64,000 nucleotides of DNA from Callorhinchus milii (taxonomy: Eukaryota), in assembly GCF_018977255.1 (NCBI RefSeq), contig NW_024704743.1:44456001-44520000 (forward strand), read 5' to 3'. The notes under the pieces are model-generated. The model had not been told where the DNA came from. It made no database searches and was given only the letters and a program-made list of their open reading frames with translations. The position numbers and the translations under genes were made by a program. Numbering within the stretch: position 1 is the first letter of the stretch; each line of letters begins with the position of its first letter. Below are positions 41,046 through 54,530 of this stretch, piece after piece.

Positions 41046-42386
41046 AGGTGGCTTCTTGTTGAACAAAGTTAGTTTTTAGTCTTCTCCCCCACCCCCAGGA
41101 AATTGAAGCAGTATTGTGGCATTTTAATGTTGCAGTCTGCTTTTCATTTGTAAATCTAATGAATTCAATCTTAATAAAATTATTTCAGCAAAGTAACTTT
41201 TTTAAAAAAAGCAAATTCTGATTTTGCAAAGGGTTAGATTAAAAAAAATCACACACTCTATTAAATTTCCATTTGAAGTGTGTGGCTAGGATCCAACTGT
41301 TGTTAATTAGGCCTGTTGGATGGTTGTTGGTAGTTTGATTCATTTCCATTTTGTTCTGGGAGTTACTCTGCCCTGATGCTACAGTGTGGTTTGGCTTACT
41401 TATGAAGCAGGAATGATCTGTCTTTCAAATGACAAGGAATTGAAGAATTGATCTATTTGTGTGCAGGTAGAGTTCATGTGCATCTCATACCATTCACAGC
41501 ACACTAAAAACACCTTTGCTTATCATTTCCCAGAAGCATAGTGTGTAAAATGGTAGAAATCGATTATTTCAGATGTAAAGGAAAATCATCCGTGCTTCTC
41601 GTGTGAGAATAATAACCCTAATGGATGAGCTCTGAAATATACACAGTTTTTATTCGAGCTTGCCTCTGGTGGCATTGTGCAGGTTACCAGAGTAAAATTG
41701 CTAAATTGAATTGTAATATGAATTGTGATTTGGTTCCATTTGTCACTTTTGTTCAGTGTACGCAGGATGATGAACTTCACCCCCTGTGGCTTGGTTTATC
41801 TGAGATAGCGCTGAGATTCAGAACTTGAAGACAAAGAGTGGTGTTTGTGCAAGACATATAACGGGTGGTAGGGTGGTCTTCAAACTTCAGTAGTGGCGCT
41901 GAGAGCAATTTACAGAAGACCCTCTCTGCTCCTTGTAGAAAGTGGAGGTTGCAAGAGTGGTCTGGGAGACATTCCTTAGTTGAGAGGTGCGTGGCCTTTG
42001 CGAGGCGATCATGATTGGGAACTTGTTGTGAGCATGATAGATAAGGCTTGGTAGCCTGCTTGGTATATTATACAGTGCTCTGCCCTTGATCATGAGCTTG
42101 TACAGTTGCACAGCCTTTGGGACTTTTAACATTTAAACAAATCAAGTCCAACCTGAAATGTAATTCCTTCAGGGTCTCATTACTTTCAGTGACATTTTAA
42201 ATGGAGCAAATTCCTGTCTGTTTGTGCAGAACACAAAAAGCAGCTTGTATCAGGCTGTAGTTTCTCACTGTAAAACAAACCGAACAATTTCGAACCAAAT
42301 CTTGGGGATAATTTCTTTCCACCTCATCAGCTTTCTGATTTTAAGTTTTCATACAACTACAACTTTTCATTGTAGAATAAAAGTGA

Positions 42387-43792
<1,406 letters not shown>

Positions 43793-44039
43793 GTAAGTGA
43801 ACTTTTCTCATCCAGGCTCTCATGTACTATGTCTTCATTCTTATCAGAGTTGAGCTTTACTGTTGTTTTGTCTACATTTTCTTACTTTGGAATCTGTTTT
43901 GTTCATGTTGAAAGTTGTGCTTTGCCCAGCACTCCTCCATGATTGCTATGTGTATGGGAGGGGAGGGGGGGGGATTATTTTGCTCATGTTAACTTGGCTT
44001 TGTAGTGAATAGCTATTTACAAGAAATGGTGCAGTCACA

Positions 44040-44300
44040 TTGTGTGGCTCTACCATTGGTCTTACCTGGGGAGTAGCCATAAAGAGTAGAAAGCTCCCCA
44101 GTTTGATTCCCTTGATATGCCCCGGGTTGGGTGGGATGACAGTAAGGCCAGGAAATGTGGCTTCAGTACTCTGAATTAGAGAGAAGAAACATCCATCATT
44201 CAGGCTACTGATTGCCATGCAACAGCTCTTGCTGAAAGATGCAGGTGTCAAATGAGGATGAATGGGGCATGGGTGTGACCGACACTTTGACAGTGTGCGG
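44040..44300 (+). mobile_element. LF-SINE-like 5' part
   Basis: agaaagctccccagtttgattccc (B-box-like), tggcttcagtactctg, ctgattgccatg, ttgctgaaag and tgaggatgaatgggg occur in consensus order. Confidence 0.5.
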
Positions 44301-44344
44301 GTTAATGGGATGTCAGGTGGAGAATATCTCCCTCTGCAATATGT

Positions 44345-45670
44345 TTATCTTCAACTTCGGTCACACCTCTCCCTCCACTCACTCCCTCCTCAAGCCCCTG
44401 CAGTCTATTTTTTCGCCCTGCCCACAGCACAGAGACAACACTTGTCAAAGTCACAAACGACATTCTCTCTATCTGTGACCAGGGCTCCCTCTGTCTCCTC
44501 ATCCTCCTGGATCTCTTTGCCGTGTTCGACACAGTTGATCACACCATCCTCCTCCACCGGCTCCTTCCTCATCCACCTTAGTGGGACCGTACTCGCATGG
44601 TTCGAGTCCTACTTAACCAACCACCTCCATTTCATCTCAGCCAATGGTTTCTCCTTCCGCCCCCGCCTGGTCACCTGCGGGGTAGCCCAGGGCTCCATCC
44701 TTGGCCCTCTTTTCCTTATCTATATGCTCCCTCTGTGCGATATTATCAGCAGACACTGGGTAAACTTCATATATGCGGATGACACACAAATTTATTTTGC
44801 CTCCTCCAGGTCCACCGATGTTCTATCAGCTTGTCTGGCAGACATCAAGGCCTGGATGAGTGTAAGCTTCCTGCAGCTGAATATGGACAAGACGGAAGCC
44901 ATACTCCTTGGCTCCCGTCAACGTCTTCATTCCTGGGGATCTAAACTCCTCAACCTCCCTGGGCTCTCCCTCAGATTCACCGAATCAGTGCGGAACCTAG
45001 GCGACTGGTTCAACCCCAGCTATCCTTCCTCCTCCACATCCAGTCCCTGACCAGGGCCGCTTTCTTCCACCTCCACCATATTGCCCCCCTCCGATCATAC
45101 CTTACCCCAAACGCAGCCGAAACCCTTGTGCATGCGTTTGTCACCTCCCGCTTGGATTACTCCCAACACACTCCTCGCCGGTCTCCTCAACTCCACTATT
45201 CAAAATATCCAGCTCTTTCAGAACTCTGCTGCCCACATACTGACACCAACCAAACTCCGCGCACACCTCACCAGTTCTGGCCAGGCTCCACTGGCTCCCC
45301 ATCACTGAAAGGATCGACTTCAAGATCGTCACACTCGTGTTCAAATCCATTTACTCCATGTCACCTCCCTACCTCTCTGACCTCCTCACTTCCCAATCCA
45401 CCACCCGGCGCCTCCTCTCGACTGGCACCGGCCTCCTCCTTGTCCCTCGTGCCCTCCGCCCCACCATTGGAGGCCGTGCTTTCAGCCACTATGCCCCAAA
45501 ACGCTCTCCCTCAATCCCTCCGCCGTGCCCCCTCTCTTCCCTTTTTTGTGTCCCGCCTGAAAACCTTCCTCTTCGACTCACCCCCCCTCCCCAACCCCCA
45601 GGCTTCACCATTGTTAAGCGCGCCGAGATGCTATCCTTCATGGAGGGCGCTATATAAGTGCAAGTTGTTG
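44345..45670 (+). mobile_element. 5'-truncated L2 LINE (tail type B) with frameshifted RT domain
   Basis: GVAQGSILGPLFLIYMLPL...YADDTQIY...LQLNMDKTEAIL; tail atggagggcgctatataagtgcaagttgttg. Confidence 0.96.
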
Positions 45671-46619
45671 TATATTTAAAGTCCATGTTCATTGCAACCA
45701 GCTTGAAAAGCAGTTGTGGTAATTTTTATTGTTGTGCTAATTTACTTGGGGCATGAGGGGGTGTGGGAAAGAAGGTTGATAAGCATTCCCTTTTTCTTTC
45801 ATCACCTCGTTAAGTGAATAGATTAGTTTGATGAAATTAAGTATCCAAAATCTGAGCACAGTTTCTGTTAATTATCATCAGATTAAAAAAAACTTCTCCC
45901 CCTTTCAAAAAAAAGCATTATTGTATTCCTTTTAATTTCACCATACTTGGCATAATGGGACAAGAAAGTGATATAATTGAAAGGAAATCTTGTTTGTGGT
46001 ATGGTACTTGATATTGCACTTCCCCTTCTGATGACTGTAAATGTTAGCACATTGAATAGATTACATTGCTGTATAAAGCATTGTGCCAATTGAATTTGGA
46101 TGCTTTTTTGGCTGTAGTTGACTGACAGATAAATGCAGGTTTTTGGACGGCTTTCAAGACCCGTCGATGAAGTATTGCACTGAAGCCTGTATTGGGAGTA
46201 ATAACAATAAAATGTTTGTTTGACATTTACTTTCTGCATTGGAAAAACATCAATAAAAGTCTGAATGGCTCTTGGATGTAAATGTCCCAGAGGAGGTTCA
46301 GATTCAAACTGCATGAGGAATTGCATCTCACATTTGATTTTTGTCTCTGAAGCAAATAGCCTAGATGTGGATTGAAGGCGCAAAAGTGCCTATAAATGTA
46401 TCCCTAAAACTTGGTCTTTTCTCAATTCATGTTTCTATTATTGTGAAGTGGACCTTTGAGAAAGCTGTCGGGGGAATTCTTTTTTTTACCCCTTTCCAGA
46501 GAAGATTTAGCTACCTGTGTCTAGGGTAGACCAAATTGAGAGCTGAAGAGAAGGGGAATTTGATCAGCACTGCTCTCTTGCAACCCAGCAGGTTTATAAC
46601 TGCAATGCACTATTTTAAG

Positions 46620-46757
46620 ATTGGCAATATCATATTTATGCCTTCTCATTTTGCACTCACCAACAAATGAAAACAGCCAAATATCCACTTTATTGAATCC
46701 TTTCATAGCCTTAAATACCTCAATCAAGGCCTCTTTCAATTGTCTCAACTCTAGCAC
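46620..46757 (-). mobile_element. CR1 LINE ORF2 C-terminal fragment
   Basis: Minus-strand LELRQLKEALIEVFKAMKGFNKVD..LFSFVGECKMRRHKY resembles the CR1 pattern LE.RRLRGDLIEVYKI..G...RTRGH. Confidence 0.8.
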
Positions 46758-47721
46758 AATGGCTGCCATGTATGCCGACAAAATATACTGTTACCTCACT
46801 TCACAGTGATATCCTGTGAATTGCTTTGAGACATGTTGATGACTTGATAAGGTGCTATATCAATGTATTTTTATTATCACACTACAGCTTACATTACTCA
46901 GTGGTCTGTCCAATGGGAACTTTAGCAGTCGGAGCATTTATCTGACATCAGAAACTATGAATCTTTAAACTCGTAATGCAATGAAGCACAGCTCTGAAGG
47001 ACTTAACTTTCTATCAAAATCTACAGGTCGTGGAGTGTTGGAATAGCAGCAGTCTGCAGAATGTCATTGTACTAGCGATTCACTTGGGAGGCACTTGGAA
47101 GCAAACACATTAGAACTGCTGAGACCAATGCAAATTTGATGGGATTCTTCAATTCATGCAGGATTTGTGCTGCACAGCAGGAATTTCTGTCAGTTTACTT
47201 TATTTAGAGAGGGTAATGTGAGACAAAAATAATCAATTTCTCACATTTCCTGTGAGAAATCTGGCCTAGATTTAGGTTAATTTGTTTTCCTTTGGCCCTT
47301 TAATTTTATTAGATTAGCTGCAATGTGAGCACAGTATTTATTGTCTCAAACAGTCTCTCGCTGATGATCTGTGAACCAGGCTTTTGGTGGTGAGGACACA
47401 GGGTTGCGCCCCTTTATAAAGCTGGTTCACTTGTAAGACAGGTATCATGTGGACCCACAGTTGACCTGACTGCGGGGACTGGCTGGCTTCCTGAACACCC
47501 AAAGTGGCTGACTTTCAGGTCATCAGGGGGCTGCTGATGTGACATCCTATGTGTATGGACAGCGACATCAAAAGTCATGTGATCAGTAAAGTCAGGATGC
47601 AGAGTCGCTGAATAAAATTGGCCTGTATTTAACTTTTTTTAATGTACAGGATATATTCTGAGAGAACAGGCAGTGCTCTACTGACAGGTCCACAGGTGAT
47701 TTTGTGGTCAGTCAATGAAGT

Positions 47722-49003
47722 GCCCTTCCAATCGGGTTTCCATGCTGCCCACAAGGTCAAGGTCACAAATGACATCCTGACCATGTGTGACCAGGGCTCC
47801 CTCTGCCTCCTCGTCCTCCTCGACCTCTCCGCTGCCTTTGATACCATGAACCGCTCAATCTTCCCCACCGCCTCTCCTCCCACCTCAACCTTCAAGGTTC
47901 TGTCTTTCCTTCAGGTCCTACCTTTCACACCGCCTCTACTTCGTTGTTCCTCAGGGCTCTGTCCTCGGTCCCCTCCCCTTCACCCTCCACATGCTCCCCC
48001 TTGGTGACATCATCCGAAGACATGGGATAAATTTCCACATGTATGCGGATGACACTCAACTCTATCTCTCTGCCTCCACCCTCTACTCCAGGACTACTGG
48101 CGTCCTGACGACTGCCTGTCCGACATCAAGTCTTGGAAGACGGACAACTTTCTCTTAACTGAATGTCAGCAAGACCGAGGCCCTCCTGATTGGCTCGCGC
48201 CAGCGCCTCTGCACTCGAGCACTGGCAGCATCTGCCTCCACGGCTGCACACTCAACCTCACTAAGCCAGTCAGGAACCTGGGCATCTTGTTTGACCCTGA
48301 ACTGTCCTTTCTCCCCCACATCTGCGCCATGACGGACACTGCCTACCACCACCTCCGCAACATTGCCAGACTCCACCATTGCCTCACCCCGTAGGCTGCC
48401 GAAACCCTCACCCACGCATTCGTCACATCAAGGCTCGATTACGGGAACGCCCTCCTCTTCGGCCTTCCCAACTCTTCACTTCACAAGCTGCAAATCATCC
48501 AAAACTCTGCAGCTCGTGTACTCTCGCACACCAAGCTCCGTGACCCCATCACTCCCACCCTCGCCCGACTCCACTGGCTCCCCATCCCTCAGAGGATCGA
48601 ATTCAAGATCCTCGTACTCACTTGGCCTTGTCCCCTCCTACCTCTCTGACCTGCTGACTCCCTATCAATCTTCCCACTTCCTCCATTCAGTGGGCTCTGG
48701 CCTGTTCCATGTCTCCTGCCCGTCCCGCCCTACCATCGGTGGCCGAGCTTTCAGCCTCTTTGTCCCCACACTCTGGAACTCCACCCCACAGTCCCTTCAC
48801 CTCGCTTCCTCCCTTGCCTCCTTCAAGGCCGGTCTCGAGATACTCCTCTTCAATCGTGCCTTCAGTCACCCTCCCACCTCTCTGCCTTCTCTCACCCCTA
48901 CCCCACCCCTCCCCCATGCTTGGGTCCTGACCCCTGACTGTCCAGGGCCGTGGGATGTCCTCCCGACGTGAAAGGCGTTCTATAAATGTAATTTTGTTTT
49001 GCT
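47722..49003 (+). mobile_element. 5'-truncated L2 LINE (tail type A), close relative of 42564-43792
   Basis: FQSGF...KVTNDIL...LLVLLDLSAAFDT; tatgcggatgacact (YADDT); long near-identical tracts with the 42564 copy. Confidence 0.96.
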
Positions 49004-49375
49004 GAAAAGTGACTAGGAATAGAACCCATTTTGGTTTCCCCTTTGGACATATCAGTCTTGAGTGGGGAATAGAATAAATATGGAACTTTTTTTTCCCTGT
49101 CAACTTTGGGGAATTATTGGACATAATCTCTGCTCCTGATCATTATTCAGTGTTTCTTTCCAGGAGTCCCTTCAGTGGTCACTGGTGGGGAGAAATGGTT
49201 CTATAATTTCTGGTTCTAGCTGGTTCTATAATTTGTCTTATGTAACATGTCAAAGAGTGTCCAAAATTTGGAAAGTTGTTGAATTCAGTCTTAACTTTGA
49301 AGTCAGTTTGCTGGAGTTTCAAAAGAAACTTATTGGAAAAACATCAGAATGAAGACTATTTAAGAATTTATAACA

Positions 49376-49680
49376 AATAATAATGATCCTTGCATTTGAT
49401 ATAGTATCTTATCATGTTGAGACACCTCAAAGCACTTCACAGAATATACTGTAAAATGGATTAACTGTATTTTGTGGGTGAAACACAGCAGCCAATTTGC
49501 GCAATTTGCACAAACAGGCATGAAACGAGCAACCAGTTTTACTTGGGGAATTGTTAGCCAGAACACCAGGAGAAACTCTCTATTCTTTTCGAATAGTGCC
49601 ATGGAATCTTTAGCGCCCACCTGAGCAGGCAGACAGGATCTCGGTTTAATGTCTCATCCAATGGATGGCAAATTTGACAA
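49376..49680 (-). mobile_element. Deu-type SINE 3' two-thirds
   Basis: gaatagtgccatggaatcttt ... acctgagcaggcagacagg ... ctcggtttaatgtctcatcc; (TAA)n tail at the left end. Confidence 0.82.
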
Positions 49681-50271
49681 ATTCTGGATGCTCTAAATTG
49701 CGGCATAAATAGAGCAAATTGAGACCCAGGTGAAATTTTTCCCCGACAGGATCAGGCGGTGCTGGAAATCTCATCTTTGGTTAAATAGACTATAAAATAA
49801 TAATAATAAGTGAATGGTGCGGCGAATGTTATTGGGGCAGCAAACTGAAATAGTGTAATACTCACTAGAGTTTGGTTTATTATCATTCTTCACAGGTATT
49901 TAACAAAATATCTTTTAATCTATGACTATCTAGGATTGTAAAAGCTACACAATACAAGCCTTGAAGTCCAATTTCTAAGAGTGTCTGACTCCTCAATTGT
50001 ATAAATTCCTGACTTTTCTATTACTCAGTTATTTAGCGATCTACTGTAACAATTTACATTTATATGGTATCTTTCATATCTTGAGGATATCTAAAAGCTC
50101 TTCACACAGGTTACTAGGATCCTGATCTGAGGTGGGTGCTGAAGACACATACACCTACTGTAAAAGTTTTAACTTTTTCTTGTCTATATTTCCAGAGAGT
50201 ATTATAAGTTGGTATTAATTCAGACATTTTTTATTTTTCAAGTCACTAAATTAATTTTCAACTGAATTTGA

Positions 50272-50571
<300 letters not shown>

Positions 50572-50610
50572 TAGGAATTGGGCATCTCTGAATTAACTTT
50601 TATGTACATA

Positions 50611-51048
50611 CAGTAAACTCCAGATAACTCGACCCCGGCTTATCTCGTCACTATCACTTAAGTCATCATGCCGTCAATATCGTATCAAAATCCCCGGCCA
50701 CTTCTATGAAAATATTAATAAGGGACACGCTCAGAAGTGATGTCCGCTGTGAGAAGGTGCTGGATGAGCAAGTGAGAGAAAGTGGTGCCGAGTGGTATCT
50801 TTATCTATAAACTGAATTGGCATCATCATGACCAGCAGTTATTTTTATCTGGTAATATTCCATCTTTGGGAGGGATAGGCAATGACTCAGAATACAATAT
50901 TGACACCATCTTGCTAATCTACCAAGAATAGAAGTTATACCGCTCTTGTTTTCAACACATTATAAGAATCTATGGTTAACTCGTCACATTGGATAATTAC
51001 TGAACAGACCCTTTTCTCTTGGAGTGATGGGGTATCTGGAGTTTACTG
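50611..51048. mobile_element. Tc1/mariner-superfamily (Tigger/pogo-like) MITE, 438 bp
   Basis: Perfect 16-bp terminal inverted repeats CAGTAAACTCCAGATA (50611-50626) and TATCTGGAGTTTACTG (51033-51048). TA on both flanks (50609-50610, 51049-51050). No transposase ORF. Confidence 0.85.
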
Positions 51049-51064
51049 TATTTGATTTAATTAT

Positions 51065-51525
51065 ATCCAGGGTTGACTATGCTAGCTCTCTGCTCACTGG
51101 AAGTCCTAACTCTTCCCTCCATATTCAGAACTCTGCAGCTCGTGTCCTCTCCCGCACAAAGCTCCATCAGCCCGGCTTCACTAGCTCCACATCCACCAGA
51201 GGATCGAGTTTTAGATCCTCGTCATAACTTATAAAGCCCTCCAAGCTCTTGCTCCTCCCTGCCTCTATCAACTAAAACCATACCAGCCTGTGCTATGGGG
51301 GCACTGGCCTGCTCCATGTCCCCACTGGAATTCCATCCCAGCATTGCTATGCCTTACCCCCTTCCCTTGCCTCCTTCAAGGCCCATCATAAGACTTGCCT
51401 CTTTGGCCATTCTCTGGCCCAAACCTCTTGCCTCCACCCCTCTTGCCCAGGTCAAGTGCAAAACCTTGATGTCCTGCACCTTGGGACATCCTTCTGACGT
51501 GAAAGTTGCTGTACAAATGTTGTTG
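51065..51525 (+). mobile_element. Degraded L2 3' fragment
   Basis: ISRVDYASSLL...IQNSAARVLSRTK; type A tail. Confidence 0.8.
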
Positions 51526-52157
51526 TATCTGCGAGCATCATGTGATGCTGTACCATGATTGAAGGAATCTATAAACTATGCTGATTTCAACGATTTTTCA
51601 AAATGTGGAAAGAAAGAAACCTTGATTGTTCAGCAGATGCCTGGGAAGCAGGTCTCCTCAAGACTAGGCCAGGGAAAGAGTCTACTATAGGGAGACTTTG
51701 GGGGGAAATGTGGAGAAGCAATCATTAAAGAAAATGCTTGTATTAATGAATGCAAATACAGTACTTGATTTCCACAATTGGCAAATTGAAAAGTGCTGCA
51801 ACACTTTTCCAGTAATGTGTCAAAAATGTTACATTAGATTCTAAAGCTTAGAATACAATACGAAAATTAATATATTATATTCAGAGTTGATACTGATTAA
51901 AAGTGACAATAGTTCCATAATGTTGCATTATTTCCCTCATTAGTATTAATGTGGAATTGCCACTGAGGCAGCATTAGGGGCATTGCAGTTGGCCTCAGTG
52001 CCGTCGACTAAACAGGTGAAACTCGCCAGTATGTTTCTGATCACTATTTAGTGACCATCATTTAAAGTGCTTTAAATGTGAATGTTGATTGAGGACAAGA
52101 TTGGTGATGATCCCATGGTTGATTCCACTATTACTCATTGTCCAGCTCGTACTTGAA

Positions 52158-52716
52158 CAACAGCAACAACAAAATTACATTTGTATAGCGCCTTTCACAT
52201 TGAGAGGATGTCCCAAGTCGCTGGACAGTCAGGGTTTCTGACTCAAGCTGGGGATTGGGATTGTGGAGGGTGGAAGGCAACGGGGTGATCGAAAGCACGG
52301 TCGAAGCGGAAGGTCTTGAGATGGGTCCTGAAGGAAGCAAAGGAGGGGCTGAGGCAGAGGAATGCGGGATGGAGTGCCAGAGGGTGGAGGCAAGGTGGCA
52401 GAAGGCCCGCCCACCAATAGTGGGGTGAGCGAAGCGGGGAATGTGAAGCAGGCTGGAACCCGCTGAGCGTAGGGAGCAAGCAGGATGGTCGGGGATTAGG
52501 AGGATGCAGAGGTACAGGGGAGCAAGGCCATGGAGGGCTTTGAAAGTGAGGACCAGGTTCTTGAACTGTAACCTCTATGTGATGGGAGTCGGGCGAGGAT
52601 GGGGGTGATAGGGTCACGGAGCCTCATATGGGAGAGGACACGAGCTGCACAGTTCTGGATGATCTTCAGCCTATGGAGGGAGGAGTTGGGGAGGCCGACA
52701 AGCAAGGAATTTGCAT
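52158..52716 (-). mobile_element. L2 LINE 3' fragment (tail type A)
   Basis: Minus-strand YANSLLVGLPNSSLHRLKIIQNCAARVLSH; (CAA)n tail at the left end. Confidence 0.92.
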
Positions 52717-52732
52717 AAATTACTCCGTTCTG

Positions 52733-53078
52733 CCCTGGCACCTCCCAATCTGTTTGCTTTTACACCAACCCACTACTCGCTACCTCCATTCGACTGGCTC
52801 TTGCCTCCTGCATGTCCCTCGTACCCTCAGTTCCACCATCCGTGGCCACACTTCGCACTTTCAGCTACTACACCCCAAAACTCTTGAACACTCCTCTTCT
52901 ATCCCTCCGCCTTGCCCCTTCCTTCCCCATTTTCAGATCGCTGAAGACCTTCCTATTCGACCATGCCTATGATGACATCCCCACTCCCCCAGGCTTGGCG
53001 TAGGCTCCGTCACTGTCTAGCGCTCTGAGATGCTACCCTGCATGACAGGAACTACATAAATGCAAGCTGCTGTTGTTG
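52733..53078 (+). mobile_element. L2 LINE 3' fragment (tail type B)
   Basis: FSYYTPKLLN...LKTFLFD; tail agcgctctgagatgctaccctgcatg...tgttgttg. Confidence 0.88.
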
Positions 53079-53242
53079 AAAAATGGCCACTTGGTTGAGG
53101 CAGTGTAGAGTAACTGGTACCTATAGAACTGTATAATGCAATAAATCACTGCTCACATGGGAGAATGTCACAAGGGAGAAAGAATTTGGGATTCTGCAAT
53201 TCGTGACATAAATTGCTGACTATCGCTTTTGTTGCATTACAG

Positions 53243-53340
53243 CTGACCCCTTGGTTGGAAGCATAGCCACCCAGTATATGACGAACAGGGCTGAACATGA
53301 CAGAATAGCAAGACAGTGGACCAAGAAATACGCCACATAA
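53243..53340 (+). CDS. UBE2E: UBE2E-family last coding exon (98 coding bp to TAA)
   Basis: Acceptor tacAG at 53241-53242; phase 1 completes Ala. Encodes [32 protein letters not shown] with stop TAA at 53338-53340. Confidence 0.97.
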
Positions 53341-54530
53341 ATTGGATGTCACCCGTCTACCGTCGTTTATCTCTGATGGAAATGAGCTGCTTATCGTTGG
53401 ATTGAAAGTGGGATGGGGTGGGAGGGGGGTTGGAGGGTAAGGGGCAAGGGAATGGGACAAGCATTCCTATTACAGGTTTTAACTGCAACAGTCTTTTATT
53501 TGCATAGTCAAAACTCTTGATGAGCTTTGTTATTGTAGCTTAAACAATAAACCGTTGGTATCTGGCAGTAGATAGGAAAATTCACAATGGGGGGGGGAAG
53601 GTTGAAAGTTGTAATATGATGGGTCACTGAAAGTCCATATTTGTTACTGTGTTGCGTGATGCCTCTTCGAATGGTATGCGTTTTTAGTTGTCTGTGTTCA
53701 TTGTGTAAGATCAAAGTTGAAAATGCTTGTAATACCAATCGAATGTCCAGAGGTTGAAACTGATGAACAATGTAAGGCCACAGTCAGGTTCCGAGTTCCA
53801 GCATTTTTGAGACCTTGGTAGAATAATGGTCAGATCCAACACAATTGCCTATATTCAGGGAAAAGGATTAAATTGGCAGAATATTCGTAAATACAGGGAA
53901 CAGTTTTGTTTTACAAGAAGCAAAAGGGGTGGAAGTGAAATCCCAAATCTTTTTTTTTAAATGATTTGCCTTATTTTGATTTTAGAGTTTCAGTCTTATT
54001 TTCTTGGTTATGTAATGGGGAATTATTTTTCTTTTGTTGGTTGTGCATTTCTGAGTCCTGTTTAAAATTTTATCAGGCATGCAACTTATAGCTAATAAAT
54101 TATAAAGGACCCTGTGTCCCTGATGGTTTCAACCTCTACAAATGCCTGTTTTTAAACACTTTTAATGTGTTGACGGTCCTCCTGTAGTCGAGTGAGAATA
54201 TTATATTGTTAAAATATGTATGGGTGCTATTATGAAGCAAGGAATTCACATAAAGAGATGGCTGCATTTTGATTTCTCATTAATCTTTTGTAAAGATTAA
54301 CAAAATACAAGACTTAAGGAGGAGCAAAGTGTTTGCAATCAACATGTGTTCAAGCTCCATTGGCCTCCTTCCCATTACAAATTCAAAGAATGTTGAACTC
54401 TACCAAAGTTTATACAGCCACTGGTTTGTAACCACTATAACTGCTGCAGTTTTCTTTGGAAATTTAAATTCAGACTGTCAAAAGTTTGTCAGAAACCACG
54501 TTCTGTAATTAAAAAAAATCATGAAAAATC
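53341..54530 (+). other. Probable UBE2E 3' UTR with candidate polyadenylation signals
   Basis: Stretch after the stop codon with no recognised repeats. AATAAA at 53546-53551 and 54094-54099; ATTAAA at 54508-54513. The true 3' end cannot be fixed without transcripts. Confidence 0.55.

Larger units (their letters stand above)
51960..53170 (+). mobile_element. LF-SINE-like element split (51960-52157 and 53076-53170) by a two-part L2 insertion
   Basis: Left half ttggcctcagtgcc ... tgaggacaagattgg ... ctcattgtccagctcgtacttgaa continues as aaatggccacttggttgagg after the L2s. Confidence 0.7.

Noticed and set aside
44262..45050. 262-aa ORF, the longest in the track
   Set aside because: Frameshifted L2 RT fragment read through from flanking sequence; not a host gene or an intact retrotransposon.
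49196..49235. Short tandem duplications (tggttctataattt twice; also about 28944-28967 and 19538-19602)
   Set aside because: Ordinary slippage-scale duplications with no sign of function.
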